Assembly (NCBI GenBank): GCA_019828565.1
Contig: JAHDYR010000006.1
Location: 62,001 to 126,000 of the forward strand
Origin: Carpediemonas membranifera BICM
Lineage: Eukaryota; Protista; Fornicata
Direction of reading: 5' to 3'
DNA: 64,000 bases
Below the pieces are notes generated by a model that saw only the letters and a list, made by a program, of their open reading frames with translations, did no database searches and had not been told where the DNA came from. The position numbers and the translations under genes were made by a program. Positions within the stretch are counted from its first letter, which is position 1, and every line of letters begins with the position of its first letter. Of this stretch, positions 20,918 through 30,205 are shown piece by piece.

Positions 20918-22771
20918 TCAGTCGCCCTCATGACACGTGTGAAAGCGCAGACTTTTATTCAGATGTCCGTCTCGCCCGGTCCACGGGTCTACGTCGACTG
21001 GGATGATCTCATCCACATGCCAAGGAGGTGGGCCCCCACAATCCAACTCAGCCACCCTATCTGTCACTCTGAACGCTTCGAACCACTGGCCGGTGGTGTC
21101 ACGGAGTGGAACCATTCGCGACCCTTAGTTCTTGAGCCACAAGCCACAGCCTCAAAGGGTGCATAGAACCAGTCTTCATGACGGCAAAGATGAGTCTTGC
21201 CCTCGGTGACCCAGACAAGAGCAAGGCCATAACTGAACCCCTTAACCCTCTCTGGGAATCGGAGCGGGGTGGTTGTGAGGCACCTGTCGCCCTCGCTGAA
21301 ACCAGGCAGCAGACCCAACTTGAGGATCGGATTGTAAACTTCGCCAGCGAAGAGCAGGTGGCGGCCGCTGAGGAATACGTTGAATACTTCGCTATCAAAA
21401 TAATGATCCTGTCGACCCTGAAGGGTAGCACCTCAAAGCCAGTCATATCGTTCTCGTGCCCGAGTCCCAGCTGGCCATACTCATTGAACCCGCTGATCAC
21501 CTGCCGATCACCCATGGAGAGGATGGCAGCGGCTTCAAATTCGCCTCCCTTATGCATGATATGATCTGGAACAAAGCCAGCGGGCAAGGGAACTGGGTAG
21601 AAGTGGTGATCGTCCTCATCATTGTCAAAGCCAGTAAACCAACATGCGCTGTCGCCCGCCATGACAGTGCCACTGTGGTGAGTATGAACGACCGATACAT
21701 ATCTATCGACACATCCGCCACCATCGTATGCTTCTCCCACTGGGGCAGGCTGGCCTCGAGCTCGACGACCTTGGGACAGGCGGGGAAGGTGAGGCGGGTC
21801 GGGTCGACGAACCCAGATGACTTGAACCCCAGCTGATAGTATGCGTTCCTTCCCCAGCCCCACAGGTTCTTGGGTGTCCTGGCGATGTGTGTGATCTCGT
21901 GGCTGTAGACCTCGAGGGCCCTGGGCATCCTAGCCCTGGTGAGGGCGGTGCGGTGCATCGTGTCGAGCATGAAGAGTCGGCCCATGTACATGCGGTGGTG
22001 GTAGCATCTGTCGTACACTGTGTACTGATAGCTCTCGCCGTCCTTCTCGGCGACGTTCATGGTGAAGAAGAACTTGCGGCAGAGGAACCAGAAGCACTTG
22101 GCCTCGGGGGTGAGAATCTTGCGGATCTTGTTATGCATCTCGGCACGCAACTTTCTACGAATATGTGACTGCTTCTTTCCATCGGACAGAGCCTTCTTCT
22201 GCACCCTGTCCCAGAGGTCGGGGTTGGCCCCGCCGCCCACCAGACACGCCCACACCGCGCCCTGGTTCAGCGTGTGCAGGGCGACCGGAAGATCTTCGTC
22301 ATCCGCGAGCTCGACGTTCATGGAGAGCGGGGGGCCGTGATAAAGAAACGCGACAATCCTATTGACAAAGCAGATGGCGCTGCGATGGTGGAGGTCGAGG
22401 GCCATGAGCGCGCTGGCCACCTCATTGGTCGTGACTGGCTCGGGTTTGGCGTCTTCGTCCGGAAGCTCCTCGCCGAACTCGTGGGTGAAGGCCTCTCGCA
22501 TGGGGGTGAGAATATCGCCTGGCAAATCGACATAGTCGCGCGAAATGACGGAATGCAAGCCAATCATTGCATCGCGTTGGATGTCCCTGCCGCTCTTGGG
22601 CTCTGAAGAGCGCATTGCAGCGAGACGAGCGCGTGTTCTGTCCAGGCTCACGATACGGGCATCGATGTCCTCGTCGATAAGCATCATGCCGTTCAGCTGA
22701 GCTATATCGGCATCAATCAAGGCGATGTGGGCGTCCAGCCGCTGAAGAGCCTCATGAGCATCCATCGTCAT
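20918..22771 (-). pseudogene. Frameshifted paralog of the RCC1-like gene (tail-to-tail with 18654-20435)
   Basis: Homology to 18654-20435 (GPPLSMNVELA, PTRLTFPACPKV.ELEASLP.WEKH, GQLGLGH, IIPVDV) is split over four ORFs, with frameshifts near 21675, 21395 and 21110. Confidence 0.75.
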
Positions 22772-23823
22772 TGAGAACGACTCGCGACAGTCGGTCACCC
22801 GAGACTGACTTGGACCATTACGACACATGCCTGCCCAATCCAGACCCCAGTCCTTAGATCAGGCCCTACGGCCGTGCACTGACAAGGAAGAAGAAACTCA
22901 TCAGCGTGACCTTACCAACGTGCTCCAGGGTGTTTACTAGCCCGCACAGCAGACTGTAGCTTGTAAAAAGTAATATGAACAAAAAGCACCACCCACAGCA
23001 ACGAGACAAAACCTTGTATGCCACTCAGCGCAGTCACAGCACCATGCAACATCACGACCGACAACACCAGCACCGGCCCTCAGTCCCAGACCATGCCCTC
23101 CTCTGCCCACTGCTGGGACAGCATCGCCGTGACCACCTCTAGGGCAACAGGACTGGGGAATGGGCGGGGCACGTGGCGGGACCTCAAGACCGCCCGGATC
23201 GACTCTGGGTCGTGTGGGCGATATGTTGACTTAGTACGTGGAGTAGGAGAGATTGGGGCCGTCTGCTGGGATGATATAGCGCTGTTTGGCACACGTTGGT
23301 GGCCGGCAGGGCTCAACTTGTGATGGACAACTCTCAGGCCGAGGAGCCTCGTTTGTAGGAGTTGGAAACGGGATATATGTGGCGATAGTAGTCCATTCAG
23401 CGTAAAATTGCGAGCAAAGTTGCAAATTCGATCAATGCTGGCGCTAAAGACGGTCCTCGTTCGAGAAAAGGAGAAGTAGCGGTTCCTGCGGCAATTCACC
23501 GGAGATACAACCGAGCACATGTCCATAGTGCCTGGTTTTGCTCGAGTAGCCATGCTGCTATCCTGTAAGGGTGTAATACCGCAGGCAGACAGCCTGATGA
23601 TTGTGCAGGCTATGCAGGACGAGCACCGCAAGGACAAGGCGGCCACTGCCCTGTATGAGCTGATAGAAAGCTGCATCAATGGCATCTAGGGCATTGCCCA
23701 TCGTTTCCATTGTCCGTGCGACTGTTTCTGGATGGTAGACCCTGGCTACAAGACAGCCGAGCCTGGGCCTTCCAGTCATTATCAGTTGATCATTCCGTGT
23801 CTAATTTATAACCGAACAACTAT

Positions 23824-24872
23824 CTACAGCTCATCCACCGACATAACTTCCCCGTCCAGCAGGTAGCACAGCACGCCAGGGGCAGCCGACAGCTGTGGAA
23901 CCACGTCACCCCACACCCGGTCTGTGGTCCCGCCTGCCCGGATCACCACGCCTCGGGGCACGGCGTCGATGGAGACAACCATCGAAATGAGCGAGGCATG
24001 TGCTCGCCCACCAGCCCTGATTCCAGCAGTTACATGGAGAACCTTATCTGCATAAACAAGGTTAGTAACTGCACCGCCAAGGACAGCGCCCCCGAGGGCG
24101 ACTGGCTGGAGACCCAGCCCGCCAATGGGCGAAAGCACGAGCGTCTTCGGATTCGCCACGGCAACTTCAAGCGTGGTGCACTCATGCTCGGCCATTACCA
24201 AAGCAGACTCTATCCAAACCATCGCTGTGATCGGGCGTTGTGTGGGAAAGAAAGAACGGCGCGCGGTGCGGAGAGAGTGCAGCCAGACACCAGAGGCTGT
24301 GGCCATCGCGATCATTGAGCCATCAGGGGAGAAGGCAGCGATGTGCGCACGCACTGGCAGGTACGAAGCGTTTGAGGTGTCAAGGTCGACAACTCTCACG
24401 CCCGAGATGCGTGCGACGGCAACGAGGGTGCTGTTCTTATGCACACTGAGCATCCGCGCACCAGTGAGCTCCACAGGCACAAAGCTGTCGTCCGAGGAGG
24501 AGCTTTTGGGGGCGGAGAGGCACAGACCGGTGGCGTGAGCAGAGAGAATGTGGGAGCGAGCTTCGTGGCGCATAGGACAGGACCGTGGCCAGTAACTAGA
24601 GACGGGGCAGTGCTGTCGGGGGCATCGTAGACTATGCCGTCGTGAAGGACAGCGCGAGAGGGGGCCTCGAGCAGAGTATGTGCTTGTGTGAGCGTCTTGA
24701 GCTCGGGATGTAGCTTGAGATAGGCGTAGCGGACAAGCCATGAAGGCCAGGAGGTCACCGATGGGAAGCTAAGCGGGCTTTTCCCAGTAGCAAACTTGTA
24801 GCGACGCGGAACACGAGGAACTGGACTTGGAGGCGTGTAATCGCCTTCCTGGAACTCATCCTCGACATCCAT
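23824..24872 (-). CDS. WD40/beta-propeller protein (aladin-like), with an apparent frameshift near 24550
   Basis: Two overlapping minus-strand ORFs (24396-24983 and 23824-24741). The downstream one has GVRVVDL and AAFSPDGSMIAMAT propeller blades. No consensus intron was seen at the junction. Confidence 0.45.
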
Positions 24873-25050
24873 GAAGGAGATCGTGACGAACTCGGCATTT
24901 TTGGTGGCTTCAGATGGCTTGATTTCCGCCAGCTTCGTTAGAAGCTCCGTTGTGTGTCCAACCATCCAGCAAAGCAACGTCAAACTGCCCGCCGCTATTC
25001 AGTGCCTACACACGACCTCTACTCGCCCCATACACCATACAATCACTTTA

Positions 25051-27522
25051 TTAGATGAACTTGAGGCCGCGGTGGAGGGGGAACTCGCGGTCAGTGTGGG
25101 GCAGGGTCTCACCGACCATGAAGGCCATGGAGGAGGCGGCCTGGGTCATCGAGGGGACCTTGACGGGGCCGGCCCAGTTGTAATATAGGTGGGACGCGTT
25201 ATAGGCGAAGGAGGCGACGTCCTCGAGGGTGATGTTAGGGGAGGTGTTCTCGAGCACGTGATAGTGCACTGCCTTGTTGGTGGAGAGGGCGCGGCCCATG
25301 GAGAAGAGGAAGAACTCATCGTCGCTCTCAACGACGGCCTTGTCAACGATCATTGTGCCGGCAGGGGCGTGGTCGTGAGAGCCGCCGCCACGGCCGCCAC
25401 CGACGCGGATGAACTGCTCATCGATACGCTTCTGGACGACAGCGAAGACGACGTTGGGGCTCATGCCCTCGGCCTTGAGGACGTCGTGGATTTGGGCGAT
25501 CTCGTTTGTCTTGACCTCATCAAACTGGTTGTGAGCAACACCGTCGCGGAAGATGACGAGGCTCTTGAGGGCCTTGGCGTCGAACTCCTTCAGGACGGAC
25601 AGGAGGAACTGCTTGAGGTGATCGCCGGTGTCGTCGTGTGTCATGACCTCCTGGCGGGCGATAGTCTCGACGGGGCGGTTAAAGGTCTCCAGGTGGCCCT
25701 GCTCGTCGATGTACCACGCGGACATCCCGATAACGGAGCGGCGCTGGCCCTGGCGGACGTTATCCTCACCCTGGGTGAAACTGTTCTTGCCGTGGTACAC
25801 GTCGATACCGATGGCGAGGCAGGGCTGGGGCATGGAGGCGGGGCAGAGGGGGCGGGTGATCCAGGGATACTGGCCAATCTTGCAGATGGTCTGCGAGAGG
25901 AGGTTTGAGGCCAGAATGCGGGGGGAGGTGCGGGAGCGGCCGATCTTGGCGGCGTTCATAAACTGCGAGGTCAGGCCAAAGGTAGAGAACTTGGCCTTGA
26001 GCGACTTGTAGCAGGGATCGTCGTTGTCAATGACGACGAGGAATGGAACGCGCTTGAGCTCGTTGGGAGTGCCGATCGTGCTGAGGACACGCATGGCGTC
26101 GTTAGCATCGCGGAAGTTGTGGCGAGCAGGGCGGCCGTCCTCGATCTCGAAGTTGAACCGGCGGCAAACGTCCTGGAACTCACGAGAATACCGCTCGATG
26201 ATTTCCTGAGCGCCACGCTTGTCCTGAACGAGCCAGATCCACTTAGGGACAGCCACGCGACGGAAGGAGAGCTGGGCGAGCTCGCGGTTGAAGCCGTCGA
26301 CACGGGCGGAGTTACGGACGCCCTGGATGAGAACCTCGGGGCGGGGGAGGGACCTGGTCTCGACGTTACGGGGCTGCTGGGCGATAGAGATGTTCCAGGC
26401 GTTGAGGACGTCCAGGGGAGACATGGAGTCGGACTCGTCCTTCTTCTTGTTGAGCAGGGGGTGGCATCTCATGTGCTCCTCGTGGCGTCTGGACGGGTTG
26501 ATCGACGTGAGGGCGTTGAGGCCGGAGCGGGTCTCGGTGTCGAGGTCGGCCAGACGGCAGAGACCGGCGATGAGGTAGAGGTCGGAGAGGTTGGAGTTCT
26601 TCCGCTTGGAGAAGGACTTGATCATCCGGATAGGGGCACCGGAGGCGATGCCGTCCTCCACGAACTTGCGGGCCTCGTGCCAGGCCTCGTCAGTGGTGAA
26701 GCGGGGCTCCTTGGCGAACTTCTTGGTGTAGTACTCGCCGTACGTCTCCGAGGTCTCAGGGCCCATGGGCTCGTCCCAGGACTTCTCGCAGAAGCCCATG
26801 ACGACGTAGGAGTTGTCGTCGTAGATGGGGCGGATGTTGATCTCACCAGGAGTACAGTTGCGGGGGTTGAGAGTGGTGGCGCGTTGGGTGCTGATGATGC
26901 GGTGGCCCACGACGAACTTCATGATGAACTCGCTCTCGCGCATGGTGATGGTGGGGTTGATGGTGCGCCACACTTCGGCACGCTCTAGGGTACGGTCGAC
27001 CTCGCGGGAGCGGCGCTCGGCATCGTTGGCAGAGAGCTTACGGACAAGCCAGCACTCCTTGGCGCCGGCGCGGTTGTACTCAAAGGGGGAGCGGCCCATA
27101 GCCTTGCTGAAGATGCGGTTCATCACCTGCTCGAGCTTCTGGCGCTGGGCAGTGTCAACGTTGCGGGGGTTGAGGGACATCTCCTGGTAGGTCTGGATGG
27201 TGATCGTCTCGGTCTTCTTCACCTCCTTACGCTCGTTAGTCTCGGAGCCCTCGACACGCTCGCGGGAAGTGTACTCGTGACTAAAGGTGGAGCCCTCCTC
27301 GCAGTTCGGGAGCTTGACGCTGGTGACAAGGGTGGTGCCATCAACGAGGTACTGGTGAGGCTTGATCTCAGTGCTGAAGTGGTTCTGGATCAGCTTCGCG
27401 ATAACGCTCTTGGCGCGTCTCGGGCGAATCTCGCCCTGAGATGCAAGGCTGAAGGAGTAAATGTACGCCTTGGCTTCAGGCGCACAGTTGATAGTAAAGA
27501 GGTTGGATTCAAGAGTGGACAT
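25051..27522 (-). CDS. PIWI-clade-like Argonaute
   Basis: PAZ (TYGEYYTKKF, LYLIAGLC), MID (YKSLK, TSQ, QTICKIG), PIWI (IGIDVYH, RQE, IFRDGV, VVQKRI, PAGT, HLYYNWAGPVKVP) and C-terminal LKFI. Confidence 0.93.
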   Translation of the reverse strand: MSTLESNLFTINCAPEAKAYIYSFSLASQGEIRPRRAKSVIAKLIQNHFSTEIKPHQYLVDGTTLVTSVKLPNCEEGSTFSHEYTSRERVEGSETNERKEVKKTETITIQTYQEMSLNPRNVDTAQRQKLEQVMNRIFSKAMGRSPFEYNRAGAKECWLVRKLSANDAERRSREVDRTLERAEVWRTINPTITMRESEFIMKFVVGHRIISTQRATTLNPRNCTPGEINIRPIYDDNSYVVMGFCEKSWDEPMGPETSETYGEYYTKKFAKEPRFTTDEAWHEARKFVEDGIASGAPIRMIKSFSKRKNSNLSDLYLIAGLCRLADLDTETRSGLNALTSINPSRRHEEHMRCHPLLNKKKDESDSMSPLDVLNAWNISIAQQPRNVETRSLPRPEVLIQGVRNSARVDGFNRELAQLSFRRVAVPKWIWLVQDKRGAQEIIERYSREFQDVCRRFNFEIEDGRPARHNFRDANDAMRVLSTIGTPNELKRVPFLVVIDNDDPCYKSLKAKFSTFGLTSQFMNAAKIGRSRTSPRILASNLLSQTICKIGQYPWITRPLCPASMPQPCLAIGIDVYHGKNSFTQGEDNVRQGQRRSVIGMSAWYIDEQGHLETFNRPVETIARQEVMTHDDTGDHLKQFLLSVLKEFDAKALKSLVIFRDGVAHNQFDEVKTNEIAQIHDVLKAEGMSPNVVFAVVQKRIDEQFIRVGGGRGGGSHDHAPAGTMIVDKAVVESDDEFFLFSMGRALSTNKAVHYHVLENTSPNITLEDVASFAYNASHLYYNWAGPVKVPSMTQAASSMAFMVGETLPHTDREFPLHRGLKFI

Positions 27523-27802
27523 TCAAGCGCGTGCCGTGAGTCTCCTCTTCTCTTGAGCTGTGAACTTTGCATGAAAAAATATAAGTTGCGCCGGACTGAC
27601 GCAAGATTTTTCAGTGGTGACATGACCTCAGAAGCGACTGGGCGTGGCATGACGCGTTGCTTGGGACCAGATCTCGACCACGACACTCCCCACCACAGTC
27701 TACAGCTTCAACTACAACCTGTCCTTTTCACACAACTCCACGACTCCAAGCTCAGGCTCGTCGCATTTACATAGCAGCATCAATCCACGTATCCCTAGCA
27801 GC

Positions 27803-29575
27803 TCACCGCCCCTCTTCCAGCGCCTCTAACCTATCATACTCAACCCTGGCCCATCGATCCCAATCAGTCTGCTCAGGCGCGAATGCGTCGTAATGGAGTG
27901 TGTAAGGATCCCTCTGCTCGAAGGCCATAAGCTTATTGAGGTTGAACAGCACATTGTAGTAATTCCCAGGCATCCCGCTGTCCCTAATCTGCGAAAGACT
28001 AAGTCTCGCGGCCCCGGCCCCGGCCCCAACCATGTCCTGCATCTGGCAGCGGGCGTCGGAGACAGTGATGTCCTCGTGCCCCATGCGTCTAAGACGCTCG
28101 CGCTGTTCCTCGAAGAAATACTCGAAGTCCGCGGACGTGGTGAAGCCGTCACCGTCTCTATCGGCGATGGAGAACCAGTACCGCTGAGAGGGGAGCTGGT
28201 TCTTGTCCTCCTCGGCCAAGATGAACCACACGAAGTCCTCAAAGCCCATCATGCCGGGCACACCGCTGGTGAAACGGCGCGGGACCTCCTGAAAGATCCG
28301 CTCGACGCAACGGGTGGAGAGGGAGTAGTTGCCGTACGCTGCAAGGTCTGTCTCGGACAACAGGTGGTCGTGGTCGCGGTCAAGCTCCCAGAACTTGCAG
28401 TAAATGACGTAAAAGTGCTCATAACTGAAGAATCGAAGCAAGGAGTTGACATCCTCGGTCTGATCGACTTCCTTGAAGGCAGACACCAGCTCCGCCCGAC
28501 GCACATGCCTCGCCTCTAGCCTACCCGTGCAGAACTCATCCGCCATGAAAAATATCCTGCAGATGACGGTGCGAACGAACTTGGTCTGAAACTCGGGCGT
28601 CGTCTTGAGGAACTCAAGCCCGGGGTGTGAATCTAGAAGAATCTCGAGTGGGGGGATGAAATCGTCGAATCCGAGCCACCCTTTCCCATCTGGGGCAAGC
28701 ACTTCGATAAAACGCTCGGCGGCGTCCTTATTGCGCAGCTTAGAGTTATAAAATGCGAGGAACTCATCCTTGGTGACCTTGTATGACTGTGTGCATGCCC
28801 TGAACACTGGTGGGGCAAAGAAACCTGGCAGCTGGCATGTTCCCCGCATGATGAGGTCCCGGAACGCGTAGACTGGGACCTGGCTGCCTCCGCCGGGAAT
28901 ATTCATCGTGTCCTCGAGGCTGAGCTGGGGGAACTGGGCGAAAACGTCCTCTGCCATCTGAAGCTCCGCGGTTGTCTCCATGGGGGGTTTCCGGAACGTT
29001 GCCGGGTCGTATATGGCCGGCAGTGAGGCAGCTTCTTCTCTAAGCTCGTCTAATCTCGCTGATCCGAGGACTATCTGCTCTGGAATGGGTCGTGGTGACA
29101 TGATGGGCGTCTGGCCGGGCGACTGCAGCTGAGTCACGAGGCTAGGCGGACTCAGGCCAGGACTGAGCGGCAGAGGCGTGCCGTCGGGGTCAATGGCCTC
29201 GTACTTCTCATGATTGGTGGCGGGGGGCGAGGCCGTAGACGTTGGTGAGATGGGGGGCTTGTCGCGGCGTACCTTCGGAGAGCTTGGGGGCATTTCTGGA
29301 AGGGCCTTCTTCATTGGAGAGTCCGAAAGGTTCTGCATAGCGACAATGGAAGCAGGGCCTCCCTTTTTGGCAGCTTCAAATAGTTCTTTGACGGTTTCGA
29401 GCGTTTCATCCTGGCTGAGGAACTTAAACAGCAACTCATTCAGCTTGCTTCGCGAATATTGTTGTCCACTCAATCCCCGTGGCCGCGCAAACATTTTATC
29501 TGCGCTTTGGCTGTCGGTGTAAGTCCGTTGTAAGCCAGCTTTGGCCAGTGGTGCCTTAGCCTGCACATCTGACAT
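27803..29575 (-). CDS. PP2A regulatory subunit B'' (PPP2R3 family, EF-hand)
   Basis: HPGLEFL, FFSYEHFYVIYCKFWELDRDHD, FVWFILAEEDK, YWF...DRDGDG, DWDRWARVEY. Confidence 0.93.
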   Translation of the reverse strand: MSDVQAKAPLAKAGLQRTYTDSQSADKMFARPRGLSGQQYSRSKLNELLFKFLSQDETLETVKELFEAAKKGGPASIVAMQNLSDSPMKKALPEMPPSSPKVRRDKPPISPTSTASPPATNHEKYEAIDPDGTPLPLSPGLSPPSLVTQLQSPGQTPIMSPRPIPEQIVLGSARLDELREEAASLPAIYDPATFRKPPMETTAELQMAEDVFAQFPQLSLEDTMNIPGGGSQVPVYAFRDLIMRGTCQLPGFFAPPVFRACTQSYKVTKDEFLAFYNSKLRNKDAAERFIEVLAPDGKGWLGFDDFIPPLEILLDSHPGLEFLKTTPEFQTKFVRTVICRIFFMADEFCTGRLEARHVRRAELVSAFKEVDQTEDVNSLLRFFSYEHFYVIYCKFWELDRDHDHLLSETDLAAYGNYSLSTRCVERIFQEVPRRFTSGVPGMMGFEDFVWFILAEEDKNQLPSQRYWFSIADRDGDGFTTSADFEYFFEEQRERLRRMGHEDITVSDARCQMQDMVGAGAGAARLSLSQIRDSGMPGNYYNVLFNLNKLMAFEQRDPYTLHYDAFAPEQTDWDRWARVEYDRLEALEEGR

Positions 29576-29684
29576 CAGGACGGTGAAAGCCCACAGCACG
29601 CCCCTTTCTCCTACATAGCCTCACACCCAGCTCGTAAATTCTGCGCGCCGGGATTTAAAATGTACAGATTACAGGAGAGCCGCC

Positions 29685-30068
29685 TCACCGCAAAAAGCGC
29701 TCAAGTTGCGCAACATATTCCTTCTCCTCGGAAATCTGTGCGTCGAGTTTGGCAAGCTCCGCGTTCGCGAGAGTGTCGGCGACGTCGTGCTGGATCCTTG
29801 TCCCCCAAAGCTGTGTGAGTCGTGGAAATGCAGGTACAAACTGCTCTCTTTTCAAATTCCACTTGCTTGGAAGTGGCTGTGAGGAATGTAAGAATCTGCT
29901 TGGCTGTGACAATGAAGGATTCGTTGTCTGTGTGAGGAATTTTCGTGGAAACGCACCCTTGACGAAGCTCAGTGCTTCAGAGACAAGCTGCTTGGCCTCT
30001 TCTGCCTTATCGGGATCAATAATCCTAAGTTCGTTGTTCTCATCGAAGAATAACCCCAGGTTCTCCAT
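29685..30068 (-). CDS. IFT20: Intraflagellar transport protein 20 (introns 29928-29956 and 29811-29841)
   Basis: GLFFDENNELRIIDP. After removing the 29- and 31-nt GT...CTCACACAG introns the frame gives ...SKQVEFEKRALWGTR, matching IFT20 VE.EK..AIG.R. The 3' end is uncertain. Confidence 0.8.
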   Translation of the reverse strand: MENLGLFFDENNELRIIDPDKAEEAKQLVSEALSFVKGAFPRKFLTQTTNPSLSQPSRFLHSSQPLPSKWNLKREQFVPAFPRLTQLWGTRIQHDVADTLANAELAKLDAQISEEKEYVAQLERFLR

Positions 30069-30205
30069 ATTTGCGGATTTGCTTTTCAAGCAGTTTAACG
30101 TTCATCTCGCGAAGTCAGCTAAATACCCTAGCCAGAGACCCACACCCGTCCAGCACAGCCATAGACAACGATATCGCTTCACTGCATCATTTATATGAGC
30201 CATAA

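Noticed and set aside
22830-23820. Several overlapping short ORFs on both strands (e.g. 23080-23685 minus; a 56-aa plus-strand ORF near 23519)
   Set aside because: No recognisable motifs; cannot choose a coding frame.
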